From sequence record PQ244011.1: 32,000 bases of DNA; one strand, 5' to 3'. Below are positions 8,120 to 15,691 of this stretch, piece after piece. Origin of the DNA: Mycobacterium phage Fastidio. The notes beneath the pieces were generated by a model. That model was not told the origin of the DNA and searched no databases. It saw nothing but the letters and a program-made list of their open reading frames with translations. Numbering within the stretch: the stretch's first letter is position 1; every line of letters begins with the position of its first letter. The translations under genes and the position numbers were made by a program.

Positions 8120-8554
8120 TTACTTCACCAGATCCGGAAGACGGTCCTCTACACGCCCGTCGGGGTAGCAGATCGTCACACCCTTGCCGGACTTCAACGC
8201 ATGCCGAACGGTGTACCACGTTCCGCCAGTCTCACGTTCAGGTCCATCGGGGATGGCAATGAGACGTTCGGTGTCGGCGACGATATGACGGTTCCGCACT
8301 AGGAACGGCTTCGGTGACATTACGTGGATACCCCCTCGTTGAAACCACTTCCACGCGGGCATCATCAGCCGCTGATCACTGGGCGGATGAACGACGATTG
8401 TGGTGTCGAACCCGACGGCGATGTCGTGAGCCTCCTCATCGGCATTGACACATGCGCCGTGATGTAGTTGTCCGCAGTTTTCAAGGACTGCGCGAAGCCA
8501 GTCCCGCTGCTGTGAAGTGATGGGATTTCGGGTTCCGGTCATGCCCAGGATCAT
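8120..8554 (-). CDS. SLOG/DprA-like Rossmann-fold nucleotide-binding protein
   Basis: MILGMTGTRN; HHGACVNADEEAHDIAVGF; RNRHIVADTERLIAIPDG; GGTWYTVRHALKSGKGVTICYPDG. Confidence 0.72.
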   Translation of the reverse strand: MILGMTGTRNPITSQQRDWLRAVLENCGQLHHGACVNADEEAHDIAVGFDTTIVVHPPSDQRLMMPAWKWFQRGGIHVMSPKPFLVRNRHIVADTERLIAIPDGPERETGGTWYTVRHALKSGKGVTICYPDGRVEDRLPDLVK

Positions 8555-8702
8555 GCGTCAATCGTAGCATCATCGCAACGTTTGATAGGGGTGATCAGAT
8601 ACCCGATTCACACGTTGGCTGGCTTGCACTCCCCGTACACCCCACGCGGATCCCCCGCCAACACCCACGCTTTATGCCCTCGGTGGGGAGTGAAATCCAC
8701 TC

Positions 8703-8719
8703 TAGGGTTACCTTTAGGG
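8703..8719. repeat. paired arm-type integrase site candidate (left arm)
   Basis: TAGGGTTACCTTTAGGGTGA: TAGGG at 8703 and 8715, spacing 12. Confidence 0.55.
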
Positions 8720-8752
8720 TGATCCCCTCCGAGGCTTATGGCCTCTGACCTG

Positions 8753-8799
8753 TGCGCCGTGAGGGTTTCGAACCCCCGACCCGCTGATTAAGAGTCAGC
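8753..8799 (-). other. attP: attP core: 3' half of tRNA-Lys(CTT)
   Basis: Minus strand GCTGA-CTCTTAA-TCAGC anticodon arm (CTT), GGGTC, T-arm GGGGG-TTCGAAA-CCCTC, acceptor ACGGCGC-A; no D-arm or 5' acceptor; just upstream of the integrase gene. Confidence 0.85.
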
Positions 8800-8890
8800 G
8801 GTTGATAGGCTGCATACCTGGAGAAACGTTGTCAAACCCGCAGGTAGACCCCCGATACTGCGCAATTCTGCGTAATGCTGCGCAGCACCG

Positions 8891-8909
8891 TAGGGTGAAC
8901 CGTAGGGTG
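8891..8909. repeat. paired arm-type integrase site candidate (right arm)
   Basis: TAGGGTGAACCGTAGGGTG: TAGGG at 8891 and 8903, spacing 12, same orientation as left arm pair. Confidence 0.55.
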
Positions 8910-8929
8910 ACCCCCTGGGAGGGAAAACG

Positions 8930-10222
8930 ATGGCAACTAAGAAACGCAGAACCCGCGGAGACGGAGCGTTCTTCCAACGCGCCGACGGCAAATGGATGGG
9001 GCGAGTAGAACTACCCCCCGACCGCAACGGCAACCGCCGCTACAAATGGGTGTCCTCCGTGGACCGCAACACCGCCATGTCCAAACTCAAACAACTCCGC
9101 CGCGACGTCGAAGAGGGCCGCATCGCCACCACCTCATCCACAACTGTGGAGAAGTGGATGCTGCACTGGATCGACAACATCCACGCCAAACGTAAAGTCC
9201 GCCCCGGCGTCCTCAACGACTACCGGGCCGCCATCCACAACCACATCAACCCGATCCTCGGCGCGAAACGCATCGACAAACTCACCCCGCAGCATGTGCG
9301 GGACCTGCACTCCGAGATCGGGGCCTCCCGCACCGCCGAGCTGGTCCATGTCATCGTCCAGAAAGCCTTGGACGATGCGGTAGCGGAGGGTGTGGCGACC
9401 AGGAATGTGGCCGCATTGGTCGACAAACCTGAGTACCGGAAGAAGAAACGCAACGGCTTCCCGGCGGACGTGGCGCAGCACATCATTCACACCGCGTTCC
9501 AGGTGTGCGACGAACCGGATGCGGTGCGGATCGCCGCCGGTTTCCTGACGGGCGCCCGCCGTGGGGAACTCCTCGGCCTGCGCTGGCCCTACGTCGACAA
9601 CCCCGCTCAGGGATGGATCACCATCGCTTGGCAGTTGCAATCGGAAACCCGCGTCCACGGCTGTGGGGATCCTCTACCCGAACCGTCACCGCTGTCCCGG
9701 CCCGACCGTATGCCCAAGAAACCCCCGTACTGGCCTTGCGGGAAGACACGGGCATGGGCATGCCCGCAGTCCCGGTGGGACCTGCCGGCGCATTTCGAGT
9801 ATCAGGAATGTGAGGGGTCGTTGTTGTTCACCCGGCCGAAGACGGACGCTGGTTGGCGTGAGGTGCCGTTGTTGCCGCCGTTGTATGTGGCGCTGCAGAA
9901 ACTCCGCACCGACAATCCGCATGGCTTGGTGTGGCACAAGGATGGGAAGCCGATCGATCCCCGTTCGGACTACGACGTGTGGCGTGGCGTGTTCCGCGCT
10001 GCTGGGGTGATCGGCCCAACCGAGTCGTTGCCGCCGCACAACTCGCGGCACACCACGTCGACATTGCTGCGCGCATCGGGTGTGGATGAGCAAACGCGTA
10101 TGGAGATCTTGGGTCATGCGAGTGTGGATGCGCAGCGGATCTATGCGCATGCGGACCGGGCTAGGCATCTGGATGCCATGCAGGGGCTGTCCGAACTACT
10201 CCCATCAACGTTTGCGCGTTAG
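8930..10222 (+). CDS. int: tyrosine integrase
   Basis: 430 aa; N-terminal arm-binding AP2-like region, catalytic GARRGELLGLRW, HNSRHTTSTLLRASG, LGHASVDAQRIYAH. Confidence 0.95.
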   Translation: MATKKRRTRGDGAFFQRADGKWMGRVELPPDRNGNRRYKWVSSVDRNTAMSKLKQLRRDVEEGRIATTSSTTVEKWMLHWIDNIHAKRKVRPGVLNDYRAAIHNHINPILGAKRIDKLTPQHVRDLHSEIGASRTAELVHVIVQKALDDAVAEGVATRNVAALVDKPEYRKKKRNGFPADVAQHIIHTAFQVCDEPDAVRIAAGFLTGARRGELLGLRWPYVDNPAQGWITIAWQLQSETRVHGCGDPLPEPSPLSRPDRMPKKPPYWPCGKTRAWACPQSRWDLPAHFEYQECEGSLLFTRPKTDAGWREVPLLPPLYVALQKLRTDNPHGLVWHKDGKPIDPRSDYDVWRGVFRAAGVIGPTESLPPHNSRHTTSTLLRASGVDEQTRMEILGHASVDAQRIYAHADRARHLDAMQGLSELLPSTFAR

Positions 10223-10250
10223 AAACAAAATAAGGCGACCGACTGTAAAT

Positions 10251-10295
10251 GCGCCCTGCCGAGGGATTCACCATCCCCCGGCAGGGCGCTTTTTT
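10251..10295 (+). terminator. rho-independent terminator after int
   Basis: GCGCCCTGCCG...CGGCAGGGCGC followed by TTTTTT. Confidence 0.85.
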
Positions 10296-10468
10296 GCGTT
10301 CTGGCGGGTGGTCAATCCGTCATGGTCCAAGTTCCGCAGCCGCTCGTGCGGAACACAATGCGATGCAAAGTCCACTGCTTGCACAACCCTGATTCTTTGC
10401 AGTTACACGCTTGTAGTTTTCGAACATTGCAGGTCACAGCATTGTTGGCGCGAACTGCGCGCGAACTC

Positions 10469-10497
10469 TTGCGGTTTGCACTTGTTCGCAGTACAGT
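10469..10497 (+). promoter_or_regulatory. candidate promoter for a leaderless Xre-regulator transcript
   Basis: TTGCGG, 17-nt spacer, TACAGT (10492-10497), ATG only 7 nt downstream at 10505. Confidence 0.45.
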
Positions 10498-10504
10498 TGG
10501 CGGC

Positions 10505-10738
10505 ATGGTCAAACAGTCCTACGGGGTGTGGCAGGAACTCCGGGTCATCCGTGAGCGCACAGGTTGGTCATCCGCCGAACTGTCCCGCGAAAGCGGAGTC
10601 TCTGCCCCTTACCTCTCCCAGCTTGAGAACGGTGACCGGTGGCCGAACGCCACCGTCACCAAGAAGCTCGCCGTCGCGCTCAAGGTTCCTGTCTCCGTAT
10701 TGGAGCGGCCAGCCGAGCAGAAAAACCCCGCCGCATAA
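10505..10738 (+). CDS. Xre/Cro-CI family HTH regulator (candidate immunity repressor)
   Basis: 77 aa from ATG 10505: ELRVIRERTGWSSAELSRESGVSAPYLSQLENGDRWPNATVTKKLAVALKVPVSVL. Confidence 0.75.
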   Translation: MVKQSYGVWQELRVIRERTGWSSAELSRESGVSAPYLSQLENGDRWPNATVTKKLAVALKVPVSVLERPAEQKNPAA

Positions 10739-10771
10739 AAAAGCCCCCACCTGTGTGGAGCAGGTGAGGGC
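10737..10771 (-). terminator. minus-strand intrinsic terminator candidate
   Basis: On minus strand GCCC-T-CACCTG-CTCCACA-CAGGTG-G-GGGC followed by TTTTTT (plus-strand A run 10737-10742). Confidence 0.45.
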
Positions 10772-10795
10772 AGAGACAACGAGGAAGAAGCTCGA

Positions 10796-11800
10796 ATGTC
10801 TGAACTACAGCGTATCAACCGGGGCGTCTGCCCCACTCCCGGCAAGAAGAAGTACCGCTCTCAAGCCGAAGCGAACCGGTGGCAGCGACAGAAGTACGCC
10901 GGCCACGGCAACCGCAAGGAACGCCTCTACGCCTACCAGTGCCCGAGCGGTGAGCACTGGCATCTGACCCACCACACACCCGAGGTGCAGCAGACCGTGT
11001 TCGACAAAACCACCGGACAACCAGGACTCGTCCCCACATCGAACGCGTTCGAGGGCCACAACGTGCGGCACGTGTTCACCGATCAGCCCTACTGGGTTGC
11101 CAAGGACGTGTGCGAGGCCGCGGGGATTTCGAAGTACCGCGACGCGATCGTCCAACTGGACGACGACGAAAGGGTGTACCTGTTCGTGGACACCCCTGGC
11201 GGACCGCAACGCATGGTCGCGGTCACCGAGGCAGGTGTGTGGTCACTGCTCATGATCAGCCGGTCTCCGAAGGTGAAGCCGTTCAAGCGGTGGATGACGC
11301 ATGAGGTGTTGCCGTCGATCCGCAAGACGGGCGGGTATTCCGCCGCCGATACGAACATCGCGCTTCCCGATCGCAAGACCCTTGCGCAGTGGGTGGTTGA
11401 GGCGGAGACCCGCGCCGAACTCGCTGAGGCGAAAGCGCTGGAGTTGTCCGTGCCGGCGTCGGCGTGGAACGAACTCGCTGAGGCAGCTGGGGACTACTCG
11501 GTGTCGGATGCGGCGAAGGTGTTATCCCGCGATCCGGCGGTGAACATCAAGGAACGCGCCCTGTTCCAGTACATGTCGAGCATCGGTTGGGTGTTCAAGC
11601 GGCAGGGTCGGTGGAAGGCGTACCGCACCCAGTTGGAGACGGGTCGCCTCGCCGAGAAGGTGACCAAGCCGTTCTGGCATGAGACCCGCGGCGAGTACGT
11701 CAACGGTGAGCCGACGGTGCGGATCACGCCGAAAGGTCTGGCGGAGTTGCACAAGCGTCTCGGTGGTACCGGGCAGCTCGCTTTGGTGGCCGCGTCATGA
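10796..11800 (+). CDS. BRO-N family antirepressor with extra N-terminal domain
   Basis: 334 aa; NVRHVFTDQPYWVAKDVCEAAGISKYRDAI...RMVAVTEAGVWSLLMISRSPKVKPFKRWMTHEVLPSIRKTGGY; C-term DYSVSDAAKVLSRDPAV...TPKGLAELHKRLGG (KilA-C/ANT-like). Confidence 0.82.
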   Translation: MSELQRINRGVCPTPGKKKYRSQAEANRWQRQKYAGHGNRKERLYAYQCPSGEHWHLTHHTPEVQQTVFDKTTGQPGLVPTSNAFEGHNVRHVFTDQPYWVAKDVCEAAGISKYRDAIVQLDDDERVYLFVDTPGGPQRMVAVTEAGVWSLLMISRSPKVKPFKRWMTHEVLPSIRKTGGYSAADTNIALPDRKTLAQWVVEAETRAELAEAKALELSVPASAWNELAEAAGDYSVSDAAKVLSRDPAVNIKERALFQYMSSIGWVFKRQGRWKAYRTQLETGRLAEKVTKPFWHETRGEYVNGEPTVRITPKGLAELHKRLGGTGQLALVAAS

Positions 11801-12012
11801 CGTTCATCTTCTACTCGGATCCTCAGCGTCTGATCAAAAAGTCACACGGCGGTGTGACCATCGGTCTAGGGAACTACGACGGAACCGACCTGGCCTACCT
11901 CAATGTTGCCGGTTACCGAAATGACGCCGGTGTCCTTCTCACCGCCGATGAACTCACGGATCTGATCGACCAGCTGACCATCATCCGAAACGCGATGAGG
12001 GAGACGCGATGA
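11797..12012 (+). CDS. hypothetical protein
   Basis: 71 aa, ATGA overlap with previous gene. Confidence 0.6.
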   Translation: MTFIFYSDPQRLIKKSHGGVTIGLGNYDGTDLAYLNVAGYRNDAGVLLTADELTDLIDQLTIIRNAMRETR

Positions 12013-12296
12013 CGTTTCATTCTACGCCCGCGGCCTCCGATTCAGCATTTCCCGAAACCGAAGAAGCCTTTGTTCCAGTCGAAACCGAAGGATGCGAAAT
12101 GAGCACTCCCAGATGGGCCACGTTCAAAGAGGCCGCGTCATACCTCCGCTTGAAATCAGACGTGCTGATACGGGAAGCGGTCAAAAACGATGGGTTGAAG
12201 GCTTATCCGATCGGTAACGGTCGGGAGGCGCGTGTTGACCTGAATGAGGTTGATGAGTGGATGAAGTCGCGTAGTTATGAGCCGAGGTCCGCGTGA
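12009..12296 (+). CDS. excisionase/HTH_17-like DNA-binding protein
   Basis: ATFKEAASYLRLKSDVLIREAVKNDGLKAYPIGNGREARVDLNEVDEWMKSR. Confidence 0.65.
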   Translation: MTFHSTPAASDSAFPETEEAFVPVETEGCEMSTPRWATFKEAASYLRLKSDVLIREAVKNDGLKAYPIGNGREARVDLNEVDEWMKSRSYEPRSA

Positions 12297-12481
12297 GTAC
12301 GTCTGCTCCTGAGCATCGGAGTGTGTGTCAACTGTCGGGTGAGGTTCGTCCGTCTGGGGTATGGAAAGCGTTGGCGGAGTGGGATGCGAGGCAGATGCGT
12401 GAGGCTGCGGAGTTGGAGGCGTTGCGTGAGGAGAACGCCCGTCTGCGGTGCCGGCTACAAGAGCTAGGGGAGACAGCGTGA
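12293..12481 (+). CDS. small coiled-coil hypothetical protein
   Basis: 62 aa, REAAELEALREENARLRCRLQE; GTG start. Confidence 0.5.
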   Translation: MSTSAPEHRSVCQLSGEVRPSGVWKALAEWDARQMREAAELEALREENARLRCRLQELGETA

Positions 12482-13080
12482 ATCTTGTTGAGCGTTTGAA
12501 TGCCAGGTTTAACAACGTGATTCATGACGGTTTGGCGGCGTTCGGGGCTGTGGTGGATCCGTGGCTGGCGCGCCTTGAGCGGCAGGCGATGTCGAATGCG
12601 TTGGGTCGGGATATCAGCATGGATTTCGGGGATGTTCTTGTGGCCGTAGAGGCTGAGGAAGAAGTCCACGAACCGTCTGTCGGGCATCGGGTTTCGGCAG
12701 ACCCGTCATCCACTCCTGTGGGTGACATTGGTCCCGGCGCGGGCATGGTTCCCCCGCCTCCCGCGCCGGGACCCTCCAACGGCTGGGACGAACTGAACAA
12801 GCAGGTAGGGCCGAACTCGCCAAAGTGGATACACGACGCCATCGACTCCACCAAGCAGTTCGCCCGCGAATTTCTCGATGATGACGAGTTCATGGAGTTG
12901 GGGGAGTTCCTGGAGACCGCGACCGCGGAAGAACTCGCCGCCATGAGGCAACAGCGCGTGACGGCCGTCGAGTTGGAACGCCATCTGAGCTATTTCACGA
13001 CCGCGCCCGGCGCGTACGGGGTGAACCCCGCAGTCGTCGCCGCATCCCTGCTCGACAGGTACCGCATCACCCCGAGATAG
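12478..13080 (+). CDS. hypothetical protein
   Basis: 200 aa from GTG 12478, 4-nt overlap with previous stop. Confidence 0.6.
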   Translation: MNLVERLNARFNNVIHDGLAAFGAVVDPWLARLERQAMSNALGRDISMDFGDVLVAVEAEEEVHEPSVGHRVSADPSSTPVGDIGPGAGMVPPPPAPGPSNGWDELNKQVGPNSPKWIHDAIDSTKQFAREFLDDDEFMELGEFLETATAEELAAMRQQRVTAVELERHLSYFTTAPGAYGVNPAVVAASLLDRYRITPR

Positions 13081-13097
13081 ATAGGAACACAGGACTA

Positions 13098-13379
13098 ATG
13101 AACCTGAAGACAGCACGAGCCGCGATCGAAGCGATCCTCGCCGCTATCCCCGATGAAGAGTTGCCTTCGTTCGACCGTATGGAGCACGGAGCCGATGGAC
13201 GAGTAACCGCCTGGTATGGGGACACTGGCCGGATCCTGGGAAGCGCTACCCGTGGTGGCATCCGTAATTCCGAGGTGTACCGGACCGGGGCGTCGTGGAG
13301 CGCCATTGAAGGCGAGATGGCTTACCGGGCCGACAAGAAGCTTCTGGAGAACAACGACGAGCCTGCTGGCTTGTTCTGA
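13098..13379 (+). CDS. hypothetical protein
   Basis: 93 aa ORF. Confidence 0.6.
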   Translation: MNLKTARAAIEAILAAIPDEELPSFDRMEHGADGRVTAWYGDTGRILGSATRGGIRNSEVYRTGASWSAIEGEMAYRADKKLLENNDEPAGLF

Positions 13380-13386
13380 GATAGGC

Positions 13387-13420
13387 GGGCCGTCGCCCCG
13401 ATTGCGCGGGACGACGGCCC
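13387..13420. repeat. intergenic hairpin, possible terminator/attenuator without U tract
   Basis: GGGCCGTCG ... CGACGGCCC perfect 9-bp arms with CCC/GGG inner pairing. Confidence 0.4.
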
Positions 13421-13455
13421 TAACACCGGAAACACACAACTAAGGAGAGGTTCCG

Positions 13456-13734
13456 ATGCTAGATCGAGATTCTAAACCCGCATGGTGGGACCACCACCAA
13501 ACCAACTGGTCCGACCTGCCCGTCACCACCAATCCACCAATGGCTGACTTGAGCCATCTCCAAGAGTTCGAGGACCTGGCAGCGGCGGTCATGAGTGAAC
13601 TGGACCGTGTCGGTGGCTGGCCGTTCATACCGCCGTGGCACTGGGAAACGGAGCCGACGATCTGGGAGCAGGTGAACGGCGACGCCGTCGTGGCGTTGTT
13701 GCGCGACTACCTCACGACAGGAGAAGCAGCATGA
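13456..13734 (+). CDS. hypothetical protein
   Basis: 92 aa, AAGGAGAGG RBS. Confidence 0.6.
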   Translation: MLDRDSKPAWWDHHQTNWSDLPVTTNPPMADLSHLQEFEDLAAAVMSELDRVGGWPFIPPWHWETEPTIWEQVNGDAVVALLRDYLTTGEAA

Positions 13735-14078
13735 GGCGCAACGAGAAGTCCTGGCGCTACTGGTGGACGATGCCCCTGCTGATCGCTGCGGGCATCATCG
13801 GCCCCGGACTCGCCGCACCCAAAGCCCACGCAGACATCACATCCGACGCCTTCATAATGGCACTCGACTCCGAAGGCATCACCTACAGCTCCAAACCTGC
13901 CGTCATCAACGCCGGAAAAGCCGTATGCGACGTCCTCGACACCGGCTACACCATGTACGAAGCCTCAGTCTTCGTGTACAACAACTCCAACCTGAACCTG
14001 TATGACTCAGGGTATTTCGTGGGTGCCGCAACCGCATCGTTCTGCCCTGAACATTTGAGCGGCACGGGGTGGGTGTGA
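13731..14078 (+). CDS. secreted DUF732-like protein
   Basis: Signal peptide WWTMPLLIAAGIIGPGLAAPKAHA then SDAFIMALDSEGITYSSKPAVINAGKAVCDVLDTGYTMYEA...FVGAATASFCPEHL. Confidence 0.65.
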   Translation: MRRNEKSWRYWWTMPLLIAAGIIGPGLAAPKAHADITSDAFIMALDSEGITYSSKPAVINAGKAVCDVLDTGYTMYEASVFVYNNSNLNLYDSGYFVGAATASFCPEHLSGTGWV

Positions 14079-14572
14079 TGCCGAATTCCCCGTTCATTCA
14101 GCTGGCTGAAGTTCACACCGACGACTGGCGTTCCCGCGCGATCTGCACCCACAAGGACGGCGACATTTGGTTCCTCAACGAATCCGGCCACTACACCAAC
14201 GACGCCGCCCGCCGCGTCTGCTGGACCTGCCCCGTGCAGCCGCAGTGCCTCAAATTCGCGTTGCAACACAACGAGGCCGGCGTGTGGGGCGGGTTTTCGG
14301 AGAAGGAACGTGCCCGCATCAAGCGTGGCGAGCTGGCACCGGTGAAACCGGCACGGTTCACCGAGAAGGAATGCTTGCAGTGCGGTGAGGTGTTCGAGCC
14401 GGTCACCCGCAGGGCACGGTTCTGCTCGCAGAAATGCAAGAAGCGCGCCGCGAATGCGTTGCGGTCACAACCGTCCCTGAAGATCTGCACGCAGTGCGGC
14501 GGCGAGTTTATGGGGACGTATGCGAAGACCTGCTCGAATGAGTGCCGCCGGGCGCAGAGGTGGGGCGCGTGA
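14078..14572 (+). CDS. WhiB-family regulator with C-terminal Cys-rich zinc-binding extension
   Basis: WhiB cysteines AICTHKDG...RRVCWTCPVQPQCLKFAL...GVWGGFSEKER, then two further CxxC modules; start may be GTG 14069/14075 or ATG 14078. Confidence 0.85.
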   Translation: MPNSPFIQLAEVHTDDWRSRAICTHKDGDIWFLNESGHYTNDAARRVCWTCPVQPQCLKFALQHNEAGVWGGFSEKERARIKRGELAPVKPARFTEKECLQCGEVFEPVTRRARFCSQKCKKRAANALRSQPSLKICTQCGGEFMGTYAKTCSNECRRAQRWGA

Positions 14573-15054
14573 GCATCGACTGGTTCGCCGTGGAGTGCGC
14601 CGTGAACGGAACTCCCATGCGGCTCAACACCGAAGAGCGCCGAATGCTGGTGCGGCGGCGCCCGAAACTCCCCGAAGTGGAGTTGGCGCGCAGGGCGCAC
14701 TGCACGGTCCGCACCATCGAACGGGACAGGGCTGAACTGCCTGCAGCAAAGTTGCAATCCTGCCCGGTGTGCGGGGAGGACGCGTGGGTCACGACCGATG
14801 GCAACATGGAAGCCCACCCAGACAGGCTGTTTCAGGAATGCCCACTGTCGGAGACGGATTGGGAATCCCGTATCGCTGCAACAGTCATCTGGTTGTCTCG
14901 GCGTATCCGTAGCGGTGACTCCCTGCCCGTGTGGGCCTATCTGACAAGCCTCCCGGAAACCGAACGCACTCAACTGTTGATGGCTGCCCTTGCCGGTGTG
15001 CCAGATGTTGAGGACCCGTTCGCGTGGATCACAGAACTGGAGTCCGCGGCATGA
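14569..15054 (+). CDS. HTH plus zinc-ribbon DNA-binding protein
   Basis: PEVELARRAHCTVRTIERDRAEL then CPVCGEDAWVTTDGNMEAHPDRLFQEC; GTG start overlap. Confidence 0.6.
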   Translation: MSIDWFAVECAVNGTPMRLNTEERRMLVRRRPKLPEVELARRAHCTVRTIERDRAELPAAKLQSCPVCGEDAWVTTDGNMEAHPDRLFQECPLSETDWESRIAATVIWLSRRIRSGDSLPVWAYLTSLPETERTQLLMAALAGVPDVEDPFAWITELESAA

Positions 15055-15329
15055 CCGACCTGTCTCATCTCCTGGTCATCATCAACGAGGACCGGCACTC
15101 GTGGCGAGACAAAGCCCTGTGCGCCCAAGTCGATGTGGGGGACATGTTTTTCCCCGGTAAGGGGGAGAGCGCGAAGCCGGCGAAGAGAATTTGTGCCCGG
15201 TGTGAGGTGCGGGCCGAATGCTTGGAGTTCGCGTTGGCGAACCGTGAGCACTATGGGGTGTTCGGTGGGTTGTCGGAGCGGGAACGGCGTCCTCTGCTCA
15301 AAGCGAATGGTGAGGATCAGGTGGCATGA
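15051..15329 (+). CDS. WhiB-family regulator
   Basis: DKALCAQVDVGDMFFPGKGESAKPAKRICARCEVRAECLEFALANREHYGVFGGLSERER. Confidence 0.92.
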   Translation: MTDLSHLLVIINEDRHSWRDKALCAQVDVGDMFFPGKGESAKPAKRICARCEVRAECLEFALANREHYGVFGGLSERERRPLLKANGEDQVA

Positions 15330-15691
15330 GCAACGGGAACAGGCTCACCCCAGAGCAGGTGCAGACGATTCTGTTGATGACTCGTGAGGGGTGTTCCGCC
15401 AAGCATATTGGGGAAGTGGTGGGTTGTTCGGCTCGGACGGTGGTTCGGGTTCGGGCGGCTGGTGACGCGCGTCTGGCGTCGCCGGATCAGTTTGTTCCGT
15501 TGAGCCAGGAGCAGAAAGATTTCGCCCAATATTTGCTTGATGACGGCGCACCCTATAACGAGGTTGCCCGCACGTTGGGTGTGAGCCGGACAACGGTCGA
15601 AAAGTATTTCCCTGGTTACGGGTGGTCGAAGAAGCAGGCTGCCGAGTTCATGGCTCTGGTCAAGAAGTTCCGCTGGTTGGAGGCTTCGTGA
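15326..15691 (+). CDS. HTH DNA-binding protein (two HTH-like segments)
   Basis: LMTREGCSAKHIGEVVGCSARTVVRVR and DDGAPYNEVARTLGVSRTTVEKYFPG. Confidence 0.7.
   Translation: MSNGNRLTPEQVQTILLMTREGCSAKHIGEVVGCSARTVVRVRAAGDARLASPDQFVPLSQEQKDFAQYLLDDGAPYNEVARTLGVSRTTVEKYFPGYGWSKKQAAEFMALVKKFRWLEAS

Noticed and set aside
8555-8600. Specific -35/-10 promoter for the minus-strand SLOG operon
   Set aside because: Only weak matches (e.g. TACGAT on the minus strand) with poor spacing were found; a promoter must exist there but could not be placed with confidence.
8753-8799. Complete phage-encoded tRNA-Lys gene
   Set aside because: The D-arm and 5' acceptor strand are absent on the adjacent minus-strand sequence, so only the attP half-tRNA is supported.
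10080-10967. 295-aa plus-strand ORF
   Set aside because: Crosses the end of int, a terminator, and the Xre gene in the wrong frame; composition is not protein-like.
14191-14973. 260-aa minus-strand ORF
   Set aside because: Fully antisense to the WhiB-fusion and HTH-Zn genes, whose motifs are unambiguous.
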